A DNA stretch of 64,000 nt from Terrimicrobiaceae bacterium (GTDB lineage Bacteria > Verrucomicrobiota > Verrucomicrobiia > Chthoniobacterales > Terrimicrobiaceae). The DNA is taken from positions 1-64,000 of the forward strand of contig JBGSVZ010000047.1 in NCBI GenBank assembly GCA_041752695.1. Reading direction: 5' to 3'. A program made the translations under genes and the position numbers. Under the pieces are notes generated by a model, which ran no database searches, was not told the origin of the DNA, and saw nothing but the letters and a program-made list of their open reading frames with translations. This document shows, in pieces, positions 19,407 to 28,490 of the stretch. The number at the start of each line of letters is the position of its first letter. The stretch's first letter is position 1.

Positions 19407-19930
19407 GGGACGGGGACCGGCAGGTAGGTCGTCAGTTCATAACGCGTTTTGGCAAAGGCCCCGCCCGGCGTTGCGGTGGGGAGCTCGCGGGGCTCGGCCT
19501 GCCAGGGCGTCACATAGGAAAGATGGACCTGCGCCAGGCGGCCCGAGGCGTCGCGCGAAAGCCGGTAATCCATCCGGTAGTAACGGTCCGTGGTGCCCAC
19601 AGCGACCGCGCCGTCACCCGTTAAATAAACTGTGCCGCGATAAGGTTGGGTCGCCGGGGTGATGAGGATCGGCGATTGGACGGCACCATTGAGAGGCGGC
19701 AAAAGAAGCGTCGGATCGGACGCGGTCGGCGCGGCACGGCGCTGAGCGATGGCGGCCGCCGCGAGGTTGGCGGCTTGCACGTCCTCGGCGGATTCCTGAT
19801 TGGTCCTAAGCCCGGTTGCCAGAAGTCCGACCAGGGCGACGAGGGCGAATGTGACAATGCCGAGGGCGAGACAGACCTCGACCAGCGAAAATCCTCGCCG
19901 TCGGCGCGGGGCTGGCCGTGAGTGGCTCAT
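19403..19930 (-). CDS. PilV-like pseudopilin (Verru_Chthon cassette protein B-like)
   Basis: RGFSLVEVCLALGIVTFALVALVGLL. Confidence 0.8.
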   Translation of the reverse strand: MSHSRPAPRRRRGFSLVEVCLALGIVTFALVALVGLLATGLRTNQESAEDVQAANLAAAAIAQRRAAPTASDPTLLLPPLNGAVQSPILITPATQPYRGTVYLTGDGAVAVGTTDRYYRMDYRLSRDASGRLAQVHLSYVTPWQAEPRELPTATPGGAFAKTRYELTTYLPVPVP

Positions 19931-20619
19931 TGCCGATAGACCCGCAATGTGCCCGTGAGGCCGCTCAGTTGGATCATGGCCACGTTGGCGTCGGTGCCAT
20001 AGGCACCCGATGCCGGACGCAACGGCACATCCGCATAGGCGACGGGGCTTGGTCCGACCATAAACTCGCCCCGCGGCGAGAAAGCGGCCACATGATCAAA
20101 TTCCACCGTGGCGGCCCCTCCCGTTCCCGGGATCCGAAACTGCACGCTGCTCGAAAGATCCGCCCCGGATTGCGCGGGCTGGCTGGCCGAGGCCAGGAGC
20201 GAACGAATCTCGGCCGATGGGCTGATTTTTATTCCCTCCAGCCACTCGATGCGATTGACCTGCTGATACGCCGGATTGGGAAGGGTCACGGGGCCGGTCC
20301 AACCAGCGGGATTGGTGCCGTCCGTGGAGGCGATCACCGCCACGCCGAGGCTGTCGATGGTCCGGGAACCGGTGGGGCCGCTTTGATGAAAGGCCACCCA
20401 CACATAGGTGTTGTTGGCGATGGCGTATTGCCGGGCCTGGTCGATTAGCGCTGAGACCTTGGCCACGTTTCCGCTGAAGGCGTTCGTTCCTCCCAACCGC
20501 GAGGTCACCGAGGCGCTCAAGCCGAGCATAAGCGAAATGACGGCAACGACACAGAGAAGTTCAACTAATGAGAAACCTGCGGAAAGGTCCGGGGAGCGGG
20601 GTGCGGAGAGGGAATTCAT
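19927..20619 (-). CDS. FimT/GspH-like pseudopilin (Verru_Chthon cassette protein D-like)
   Basis: AGFSLVELLCVVAVI, DQARQYAIANNTYVWV, FSPRGE and LTG.LRVYR. Confidence 0.8.
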   Translation of the reverse strand: MNSLSAPRSPDLSAGFSLVELLCVVAVISLMLGLSASVTSRLGGTNAFSGNVAKVSALIDQARQYAIANNTYVWVAFHQSGPTGSRTIDSLGVAVIASTDGTNPAGWTGPVTLPNPAYQQVNRIEWLEGIKISPSAEIRSLLASASQPAQSGADLSSSVQFRIPGTGGAATVEFDHVAAFSPRGEFMVGPSPVAYADVPLRPASGAYGTDANVAMIQLSGLTGTLRVYRQ

Positions 20620-20722
20620 GGGCGGAGGGGCAGCTTGAAGGGTGGGGGAAGGGGTAAAAGGGTTTGGCAATGTATTTACAAGGTACATCGCACGGGTGCC
20701 GGGCACGGCAACGAACCGGGTT

Positions 20723-20794
20723 TGCAATCCCTTGCACTCCGGCCCGCTTTTTCCCTCCGGCGAAGCCTGTATTCCCTGCTTGCAAGGCATTGCA
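20723..20794. promoter_or_regulatory. Two perfect TGCAA-N4-TTGCA operator candidates
   Basis: TGCAAtcccTTGCA (20723-20736) and TGCAAggcaTTGCA (20781-20794) between the divergent pilin cassette and BNR protein. Confidence 0.65.
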
Positions 20795-20843
20795 GAAAGG
20801 GCGATGTGAAGTTTCTCGCCGCCGGGCTTTAGGTATCTCTTCC

Positions 20844-22940
20844 ATGCCCTCCTCTCCCATCCCTGTGCTTTTGCTGGCCGCCTCTTTCATTCTCCCGCTT
20901 CAGTTATCGGCGTCGGAAAATTCCGCCTGGGAGCCTGTGACTTTCACCAATCCCGCTCTTCGTGCCAAAGGAACCATTACCGGCGACGGATGTCAGTGGG
21001 TCCGGGCTCTGGCGGTGGATCCGGTGGACGGAAATTTTCAGCTATGGTGCACGGATGTGGGCGGGCTGTTTCGCTCGTTGGATGGCGGCAAAAATTGGGA
21101 ACCCGCCAATGTCGGTTATGATTCCCGCGGCAGTGCCGGTGTGGCCATTGACCCCCGGAATCCGAAACGCGCGGTCGTGGTGGCTGCGAACTCCGCCCCC
21201 TCGGAACGCAATGGGATTTACCTGACCACCGATCAGGCCGCCTCCTGGAAACAGGTGCTTCCCCTCAAAATGTCGGCCAGTGCCGATATGCGGCGTCAAA
21301 TTGCCTACGATCCCTCGTCTTATGATCCGGAGGCGGGCTTCACCCGGACAATCTATTGGTCGACGCTTAGTGTTGATCCCGCCCACAATCCCGCCTGGGG
21401 CGAAACCCTTCGTCAGCCGGCCTTCTATAAATCCCTGGATGGGGGATCGACGTGGAAATCGCTTCCAGGGGGCGCCGTCGTCGCGGACGCCATCCTCGCG
21501 GTGCATCCCACCAACGGGGATGTCTATGCCGCTACGCCGAATGGGCTCAAGGTCTCCCGCGATGGTGGAGAAAGCTGGACGACCGCCCTGGAAGGCAAGG
21601 CGACGGGGGTGAGTGTTTCCCCGGCCGCCCCCGACGCTGTTTGGGTTACGGCACCGGAGGCCATTTTTCGCTCCGACGACCGGGGCGCTACCTTTGTGCG
21701 CCTACCTTCGTCCGATCAACTGCACCAGGAGGGAGCGCCTCTCCGCAACATCACCGTGTCCCCGTCCGACCCGAGTCGAATGATCCTCTGGCGACAGGGG
21801 CAAAATTATGCTTATGACCGATTTTTCTCCCACGATGGAGGGACGACCTGGGAAAAGTCCAAGATCCTCAAGGACCGGGTTCTCGTTCCTACGAATCAGC
21901 GACAGGGCCTGTTTTCCTTCCACCCGAAAAATCCGGATGTGATTTTGGCGCCGGGCGGGGATTACCCCATGCTCTCCCAGGACGGCGGCCGTACTTTTAC
22001 CCTCGCCGGAAACGGGGTGAACAACATTTTTGTTGGTGGGGCTTTACAATTCAGTGCGGTGGATCCCGAAGTGATCTTTTTCGGCTCGCAGGACTATGCC
22101 ACCTTCCTAAGTGCCGATGGGGGACGGAACTGGGACTATTTCGAACCAGGAGGCAAAGGGTGGGGCGGGTATAACTATGCCGGCTATGCCTCGACCGCGG
22201 ATGTTCTGATCGTCGCCGAGGCGGAAAGCTGGGGCGCTCCGAAGCTTCGTTCCATTTCCCGGGACGGAGGCAAAACCTGGAATATTGGCAAAGACAAGCT
22301 CAATGCCATGGTCAGCTATGGAGACCCCAGGAACCCTGCGATCCTTTTTGCGGGACACTGGCGCTCCTCCGACGCGGGCCAAACCTGGTCAAAAATGGAG
22401 GATGTTTCAGCCGTCTTCACCCACGATCCGGTCTCGGGCGCCCTGTTTGGGGCGAAGAGCGTCAAGGACCAGTCGCGACATTCCGTGCTTCGGTCTGCCG
22501 ATGGCGGTGTCACTTGGGACATGGTTTTCACGCACGACGGACCGGTGGACGACCTGGCGGTGGACGCCGGAAATTCCCGGATCTATTTCGTCTCTGCTGG
22601 CCGGCTTCTGGTTCATGAGTCCGGCGAAGTGCGGGAGATCTCCACTCTTGTGCCGGATCAGGACGGACCTCCCCACGTGCGCTCCGTGGCCCTTGATCCG
22701 GTCGACCCCGCGATTCTTTACGCGGCGGGCAACCGCAATCAATTCGCCTCCAATGCAAGTGCGCAACGTTCGGTGGACGGCGGAAAAACCTGGACCAATT
22801 TGACCCGTTCGCTGCCGCTCGACGGCGTGGGCCGCGACGGCGGACGTGAGAGCATGTGGGTTCGGGTGCATCCGAAGACCCGGGAAGCCTGGTTTGCCAC
22901 CAATTGCTACGGGATCTGGCGGCACCGGTCGCCCGAGTGA
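20844..22940 (+). CDS. Secreted BNR/Asp-box repeat beta-propeller protein (GH74/VPS10-like)
   Basis: Signal peptide; many SxDGGxTW Asp-boxes; TDVGGLFRS. Confidence 0.8.
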   Translation: MPSSPIPVLLLAASFILPLQLSASENSAWEPVTFTNPALRAKGTITGDGCQWVRALAVDPVDGNFQLWCTDVGGLFRSLDGGKNWEPANVGYDSRGSAGVAIDPRNPKRAVVVAANSAPSERNGIYLTTDQAASWKQVLPLKMSASADMRRQIAYDPSSYDPEAGFTRTIYWSTLSVDPAHNPAWGETLRQPAFYKSLDGGSTWKSLPGGAVVADAILAVHPTNGDVYAATPNGLKVSRDGGESWTTALEGKATGVSVSPAAPDAVWVTAPEAIFRSDDRGATFVRLPSSDQLHQEGAPLRNITVSPSDPSRMILWRQGQNYAYDRFFSHDGGTTWEKSKILKDRVLVPTNQRQGLFSFHPKNPDVILAPGGDYPMLSQDGGRTFTLAGNGVNNIFVGGALQFSAVDPEVIFFGSQDYATFLSADGGRNWDYFEPGGKGWGGYNYAGYASTADVLIVAEAESWGAPKLRSISRDGGKTWNIGKDKLNAMVSYGDPRNPAILFAGHWRSSDAGQTWSKMEDVSAVFTHDPVSGALFGAKSVKDQSRHSVLRSADGGVTWDMVFTHDGPVDDLAVDAGNSRIYFVSAGRLLVHESGEVREISTLVPDQDGPPHVRSVALDPVDPAILYAAGNRNQFASNASAQRSVDGGKTWTNLTRSLPLDGVGRDGGRESMWVRVHPKTREAWFATNCYGIWRHRSPE

Positions 22941-23056
22941 CGAGACTGCGACTCGTGCAGTCGAAGCCTATTCTTGCACGGGCCAAGGGCAAAGGTCTGC
23001 GTTCGAATCTGGACGCTGCCGACCCCGCCCTTTGCGGAACCAGACTGCACCTTCGC

Positions 23057-23629
23057 TCACTTGCCCAAGAGCGCGGCCTTCAACTCAGGCATCACGGCTT
23101 TTGACCCGAACCACAGGCTCAAAAACGCCTTTTGAAAGTCCCGACCCGGGATTGTCCCCTTGAGGGTCCCTCCATCGTACACCATCGTGTCCGTGCCCAC
23201 GAGTTCCACGGTCTCCACCCCGCCTTTTTTAAGCGGTCCAAACATCGCGACAAATTTCGCCTGATCCGCCGCAAGACCTGGATAGGAGTAACTGGCACTT
23301 GCTTGGAACTGAGAATTCCAGGCGTCGGTCACCTGACCCTGTCCGACCCCTTGCAGGAAGGTGAAATTGAACTGCATCGGCCCGGGAGAGGCCAGCACGG
23401 CCTGCTCGCTGCGCAGTGGCGTGGGGGCATAAAACGACGCCACATAGGCCTTGATGGGGATGAACGCGAGCGTCACCGAGCGCACTCCGGCCCCGTTCAG
23501 CGGCAAGGTCTGACCAGCGACGGTCTGCTGAGACGCGATTTCCACCCCCTGGATGGTGAGTGCTGGTGCGACAGCCGGCGTCAACAGCAGAATAGCCGCG
23601 GCAAGAAAAATGAGCGATTGGCCCCTCAT
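23057..23629 (-). CDS. Chalcone isomerase-like family protein
   Basis: LPLNGAGVR, KAYVASFY, F..AFLSLWFG and LKAALLG motifs. Confidence 0.8.
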   Translation of the reverse strand: MRGQSLIFLAAAILLLTPAVAPALTIQGVEIASQQTVAGQTLPLNGAGVRSVTLAFIPIKAYVASFYAPTPLRSEQAVLASPGPMQFNFTFLQGVGQGQVTDAWNSQFQASASYSYPGLAADQAKFVAMFGPLKKGGVETVELVGTDTMVYDGGTLKGTIPGRDFQKAFLSLWFGSKAVMPELKAALLGK

Positions 23630-23637
23630 GCTCTGAC

Positions 23638-24483
23638 TCAAGAACGACGCCGCGGGCGGAGAAATGCGAGCACCCCCGCCGCCAGGGCCATCAGACCAAC
23701 TGTGCCAGGCTCCGGCACCGCTCCCGCCACGCCCATCACGTAAGAACGGTCGGCCGGGGTGGAACTGGAAATCGAAAAGGTGACGGACTGCACCAGCTTG
23801 GCCTGATCTCCCTGAGACAACGTCACCACGCTGGCGAAAAGCTGACCGCCGGACGCCGAAGTGAGCGGAAAAACCAGATTTTGATTAAAAAGCCCGGTGG
23901 TGGTTTGCACGCGACCCTGGGAATTAAAAACCTGCGGATGACTGAGTGTCCCCGATCCCGTATACCAGTCGGGATAATCCAGCGCTCCGATAAATGATGT
24001 CGTGGTGAGATCCGAGAAGGTGATAACCACATTGCCAATCGCATTGGACCCCTGAGCTTCCGTGGAAAACCCCAGGAAAGCCAGCGACTGAAAGGATCCC
24101 GGCGTGACGAAGGTGAGCGTCTGATTGATTTCGGAAGGAGCAATCTGCAGCGCGTTGTTGCTGAACCCGCTGCCCGTGCCGTAACTGACCAAGTCGAAGG
24201 TGAATGAGTTGCCGCCGGTCGTTGCGGTGATTTGATTGTTGTCGGGCAAGCCGCCGGAACTGCCGGAAAGGCCAGCCTCGTAAAACACATTGTTCGAGGC
24301 GTCCAACGGCTGGGCGACCGTGGTATACACGGTAGGATTCGAACCGGCTGTGGCCGTATTTTCGACAACCGCATCGTAGTCGAAACCCGCCTGCTGCACC
24401 GCTATGGCATTGTATTCCAAGCCAAAGGAAGAAGAGGCCAGCCCGCCCGCTAGGATCACCGCCAATGAGATGCGTTTCATCAT
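23638..24483 (-). CDS. PEP-CTERM sorting domain protein
   Basis: Signal peptide; C-terminal VPEPGTVGLMALAAGVLAFLRPRRRS. Confidence 0.9.
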   Translation of the reverse strand: MMKRISLAVILAGGLASSSFGLEYNAIAVQQAGFDYDAVVENTATAGSNPTVYTTVAQPLDASNNVFYEAGLSGSSGGLPDNNQITATTGGNSFTFDLVSYGTGSGFSNNALQIAPSEINQTLTFVTPGSFQSLAFLGFSTEAQGSNAIGNVVITFSDLTTTSFIGALDYPDWYTGSGTLSHPQVFNSQGRVQTTTGLFNQNLVFPLTSASGGQLFASVVTLSQGDQAKLVQSVTFSISSSTPADRSYVMGVAGAVPEPGTVGLMALAAGVLAFLRPRRRS

Positions 24484-24575
24484 GCAACTGGTTATGGCAG
24501 AAATTTGTGAATTGTCTGCATTTTGCTGGTTAACATTTTGTCACCAAAAGCTCGACGTGGCATGGAGCCGGGAGC

Positions 24576-25214
24576 CTAGGTTCCTGGAAGATTTTTCAGG
24601 CGGTCATCGAGGTGGTCCCGGTCCGCCATGGCCTTGAGCAGGGGCCCGTGTTTACCGAATTCAATCACCGAGACCGAGCCCACCGGGCAGGCCAGTCGGT
24701 AGCGGAAGCGTCCCACATCAATGCCCAACAGCGAACACATCAGGATCCGGATCGTCGCCTTGTGTGAAACGATCAGGACGTTGCCCTCCTCGTACACCTT
24801 CTGGATTTCCTCCACCACCTGAAGCGACCGGTGGGCGATGGAAACGGCCGGCTCGCCATCCGTGGGCGGATACCACGCCGGGTCCGCCGTCCAGCGCAGG
24901 TAGTCATCGTGGAACTCCGCGGAGACTTCCTCGATCGTCTTGCCCTCCCACTGGCCGTAGCCGATCTCTTTCAACCCGTCGCGCACCTGCGGAGACATTC
25001 CCGTCGCACTGCAGAGGGGGTGCGCTGTTTCCAGGGTGCGCTTGAGAGGACTGGCAAAAATCGCCTGCCAGGGCGTGTTCTCATAAGCCTTGGCAAAAAG
25101 TTCCGCCATCTGCCGACCATCTTCGGTGAGATCCGGGTTGAGCGCCGCCCCGCAGAAGGCGTTGGCTTTGCTGAACGAAGTCTGTCCATGGCGGAGAAGA
25201 TAGAGCGTGAGCAT
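24576..25214 (-). CDS. Histidine phosphatase (phosphoglycerate mutase family)
   Basis: LLRHGQT, ASPLKRT, LKEIGYGQWEG, LIVSH motifs. Confidence 0.9.
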   Translation of the reverse strand: MLTLYLLRHGQTSFSKANAFCGAALNPDLTEDGRQMAELFAKAYENTPWQAIFASPLKRTLETAHPLCSATGMSPQVRDGLKEIGYGQWEGKTIEEVSAEFHDDYLRWTADPAWYPPTDGEPAVSIAHRSLQVVEEIQKVYEEGNVLIVSHKATIRILMCSLLGIDVGRFRYRLACPVGSVSVIEFGKHGPLLKAMADRDHLDDRLKNLPGT

Positions 25215-25335
25215 CTGCGCGATATACCTCGCAGACTTCAGCTTGGCGAGCGCTTCGTGAACGGTCGTTGCGACGGGTCGGGTCACCAACCCCCTGCCCC
25301 GACATAAGATTTCCGAATCCGTGCCACCACGACGG

Positions 25336-25570
25336 GAAGCCCTGCGCTTTGATTGACTCCAATCAACCCTGATTAACCTTGATTTACTCCGATAAGTGAC
25401 ACGCCCACAACGACTTGTGCGATATTCTAGCCAACGGGAAGACGAGTCGAAGCCCTGCGCTAGTTTTCGATTTATGGGAAAACCGCAGCGCGGCACATAC
25501 CGGGTTGCGCCTACCCTACAGAGTAATTCCGCAATTTCCGCAGAGATGAGACGATGAGAATCCCTGCGCT
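25336..25570 (+). repeat. Three direct copies of GAA(G/T)CCCTGCGCT (putative transposase-binding sites)
   Basis: Copies at 25336-25348, 25449-25461 and 25558-25570; inverted 10/13 copy at 38025-38037. Confidence 0.7.
25351..25395 (+). repeat. 10-bp-period degenerate tandem repeat
   Basis: gattgactcc/aatcaaccct/gattaacctt/gatttactcc/gataa. Confidence 0.6.
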
Positions 25571-25715
25571 AAGGGTGCAAGGTGCAAGGCGTTTTGGGAC
25601 AGTCTATTGGGTTACTGCCTTGAAAGTAAGCCGGTGCCCTCAACCAAATACGGGATTTCCAGCAGAGGTGAGGCGCAGATCAGGAAATTTCTGTCTGCAC
25701 GTTTGCCGCGGTCGG

Positions 25716-26501
25716 TCAATGCAAGAGACTCGGTTCAACCTTGGAAAACCCACGCCATTCTTCAATGAGCGAGTATAAGCTCCCCTGCTTAGTAGAGCGG
25801 CTGGCAGTTTTCACGTAGATCCAGCCGCCTGGGGCACCGCATTGCCCTGGAGGACTACCAACAGCTTGGACGCCGCCACTTGAGGCGATGCGATATTTTG
25901 CGAAAATGGTAGAGCGTGCGATGGGAAACGCGTGTGGAAAATCGACAAAGCCCTTCCGGCGAAGCGCCTTGTAGTCATCGACGTCCCAATCAATTGGAAT
26001 GACATCGCTACTATCCAGAGCGGCCCAATTATCCCAACTCCGCTGAACGCCGATTTTTCCTTCCGGTGCCTCGCCCGGAGGCCAACCGTAGTTGATTTGC
26101 GAGTCCCAAGCTTTGTCTGGGAACTCGTACTCTGGACGATCCGGGGCGAGATGTGGGGCCTTTTCATGTTCCTCCAGAGGTCGACGTTCCTCTCCCCAAT
26201 CGAGTTCATAGATGGACTCGCCGATTTGGGCATTCTCGTTGGAACCAGTCGAGCCAGGGGCAGGCCGTTCCAGGGTGACAATGAGGCGACCATCGTTGGC
26301 GCGGCCATCCTCCATGGAGACCTTTTTTACGGTGTGGTCAGAAGGGAAGCCGGAGAGCGTTGAGTTGATCGCGGGACGACCAGACCATAGGGCGTCGAAT
26401 GGTCCAACAAAGGGCACAATGATCTGGCTCGCTTCGGCGGTTTCCTCGTAACGCGGACGCAGGCGCTTTACGACGTAGTGACCCTTGGACCTGATGCTCA
26501 T
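25716..26501 (-). CDS. Hypothetical protein downstream of the tape measure (possible tail/baseplate-related)
   Basis: Open 261-aa frame in the position where distal tail genes usually follow the TMP; no motif recognised. Confidence 0.55.
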   Translation of the reverse strand: MSIRSKGHYVVKRLRPRYEETAEASQIIVPFVGPFDALWSGRPAINSTLSGFPSDHTVKKVSMEDGRANDGRLIVTLERPAPGSTGSNENAQIGESIYELDWGEERRPLEEHEKAPHLAPDRPEYEFPDKAWDSQINYGWPPGEAPEGKIGVQRSWDNWAALDSSDVIPIDWDVDDYKALRRKGFVDFPHAFPIARSTIFAKYRIASSGGVQAVGSPPGQCGAPGGWIYVKTASRSTKQGSLYSLIEEWRGFSKVEPSLLH

Positions 26502-26547
26502 CGCTTGGAGGAGTGAAAGAGCCGGGTGAAAGTGAAAGGGGGCATGT

Positions 26548-28074
26548 TCATGCGAAGTTGCCGACGGCATCCTGGGAGCCGACTTTGTCTGAGATGAGGC
26601 GGAGGCTCATAATTGTCTCTTGGCCAATCTGGATTAGAGCTCTCGTATTGGAGGCGGTTTCTTTGGAAGCCGTGGCGGCCTCTGCCTGTCCGTTTTGTTT
26701 GGCGAAGAAGGCTTCGGCGTTCTTGGCAAAGGGGGCGAGGCTGGCGGTGAGTTGTTCAATCATGCCGCTGGTGGGGATGAGTTGGCCGGCGGATTGGAAG
26801 CCATTGAGAGCGGCACTGCCGGTGTTGCGCATGCCTTCGGCGATCTGGGCGATCATGCCTTCCATGTCGATGGAGGCGAGAGCTTGGTCGCCCCGGAGGC
26901 TGGCCATGGTGGACTGGCCCCCTGCGATACTGGCGTCCAGGCGCATGCCACGGGTTGCAGCACTCGCCCCGCCCCCGAGTATCTTGGGCAGCGACTCGAT
27001 AACAGAAGCGAAGGTTTCAAGGAGGGTGCCCTTTAGGCCGAGGAAGACGCTTTGCATTTTGTAGCCGATGCCTTGCCACAGGCCGCTTTCGCCCATGAGA
27101 CGCTGAAAGATGCCAGCGGATTCAGCCAGGCCAGAGAGGATGCCCGCAATTGCTCCCTGGAGTCCGGCGTTGATCGTGTTGACGAAGGTGGCTCCGGCAA
27201 TCTGGAGACCCAGTTTTGCCGTTTCCCAAAGTTGTCCAGACTGGAAAAGATCTCGAATGACAAGGAGACCGCTTCCGATGGCTCGCCCCCATTGCTCAGC
27301 CAGAGGTGTCCATTTCTGAAGTTCGCCAGTTCCATCCTGGAGGAGGGGCTTGAGGGCCTGCATGATGGGTTTGCCGAAGGAACGTTGGAGGCCGTCCCAG
27401 TAGCCGGAAAATGTGGAGAAGAGCCCGCGGAAGGTGGTCGCAAGGTCCGCCATGCCTCCGCCGAATTTCTGCCGGATGATCTTGCGCACGGAGGTGATCG
27501 CCTGATCGGCGCTGCCAAGGAAGGACCCTCCTTTGTCGAATTGCAGTCCCTCCCCGACGAGGTCAAGTTTGCTGATGCCGAAGTCTCGAAGGCGCTCGAA
27601 GGCCTCCCCGAAGTCGGCGGCCTTCAATCGGCCGAATACATTCGCCACATCCCCCAGCGGCTTATTCATCGCGGCAGAGAGATCGCCGATGTCGCCAAGA
27701 AGGGGTTTTACTTCTTTGGCCGCGTACGCGAAGGCCAGAAGCTGTTTCCCGGCCTCCGCCACGGGCACCGGGTCGAAAGGGGTGGCGTCGGCGAAGGCCA
27801 TGAGGTCTTTCACCATGGTCTTGGCGGATGGGGCGCTCTTGAGGAGGGATTTGAAAGATGTTTCGAGTTCCTCCAGGTCAGCGGAGAGCGTGATGGGATT
27901 GGTAAGCGGCTCGACCAGGCTCTTCACCAAGCCGGGCAGGCTGGCCATGCCGGTGATCGCGCTGCCGATGTTCCCGGCGGAAGCGGTGAACCCCCTCATG
28001 GCGCTTTGGGCAGCACGCATCGGGCCGGTGAAGGCGGCGGTGCTGAGGGCAAGGGAATATTGTAGCGTGCTCAT
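26548..28074 (-). CDS. Phage tail tape-measure-like protein (short, 508 aa)
   Basis: LEELETSFKSLLKSA..AK.MVKDL..FADATPF....VAEAGKQLLAF tape-measure domain pattern; FGGGM...ATTF.GLFST; Ala/Gly-rich helical body. Confidence 0.82.
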   Translation of the reverse strand: MSTLQYSLALSTAAFTGPMRAAQSAMRGFTASAGNIGSAITGMASLPGLVKSLVEPLTNPITLSADLEELETSFKSLLKSAPSAKTMVKDLMAFADATPFDPVPVAEAGKQLLAFAYAAKEVKPLLGDIGDLSAAMNKPLGDVANVFGRLKAADFGEAFERLRDFGISKLDLVGEGLQFDKGGSFLGSADQAITSVRKIIRQKFGGGMADLATTFRGLFSTFSGYWDGLQRSFGKPIMQALKPLLQDGTGELQKWTPLAEQWGRAIGSGLLVIRDLFQSGQLWETAKLGLQIAGATFVNTINAGLQGAIAGILSGLAESAGIFQRLMGESGLWQGIGYKMQSVFLGLKGTLLETFASVIESLPKILGGGASAATRGMRLDASIAGGQSTMASLRGDQALASIDMEGMIAQIAEGMRNTGSAALNGFQSAGQLIPTSGMIEQLTASLAPFAKNAEAFFAKQNGQAEAATASKETASNTRALIQIGQETIMSLRLISDKVGSQDAVGNFA

Positions 28075-28490
28075 TGTCCGGCTCCTCCCGCCGGATCTAG
28101 GGGAGGCGTCATGGCCACGAGCATTCCCTTAATCGCTGCCACCATTTCGGGCACGGCAGAGGGCGGCAGGTTCATTGCGAAAGTCCGGGCTGCGGCGGCG
28201 AAGTTGTCCCGGCTCATGCCCATGGTGCGCATGGCTTCTTCGGTCTTGGCGAAGATGAATATGAGGTTGAGAATATCCCGGCCTCCCATGGAAACTTTCG
28301 CCGCGTCGTCTTCGGAGCCCGCGGTGGCCGCACGCAAAATGGGGTGATCGATTTCCTCCAAAAGGATCTGAGTTGCGAGGGTGGGCGGAAGAATTGTATA
28401 CCCTGCAACTTCAACACCCGTTGCCAGATAGGGATGCAGGGTGTCAGCGTTGACTGTTGGAGCGGGACTTCCGGACGCTTTCTTTTTCAT
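28071..28490 (-). CDS. Putative tail assembly chaperone
   Basis: About 139-aa helical protein whose stop overlaps the TMP start (ATGA), the canonical TAC position. Confidence 0.5.
   Translation of the reverse strand: MKKKASGSPAPTVNADTLHPYLATGVEVAGYTILPPTLATQILLEEIDHPILRAATAGSEDDAAKVSMGGRDILNLIFIFAKTEEAMRTMGMSRDNFAAAARTFAMNLPPSAVPEMVAAIKGMLVAMTPPLDPAGGAGQ

Noticed and set aside
25336..25570. Regularly spaced repeats as a CRISPR array
   Set aside because: Repeats are 13 bp with about 97-100-bp gaps, only three copies, and no cas genes; they fit transposon end sites better.
25215..25700. attL/attR duplication of the tRNA-Arg 3' end
   Set aside because: No copy of TGCACCCGGCGGGGGTCGAA was found at the left border, and no tyrosine or serine integrase is present.
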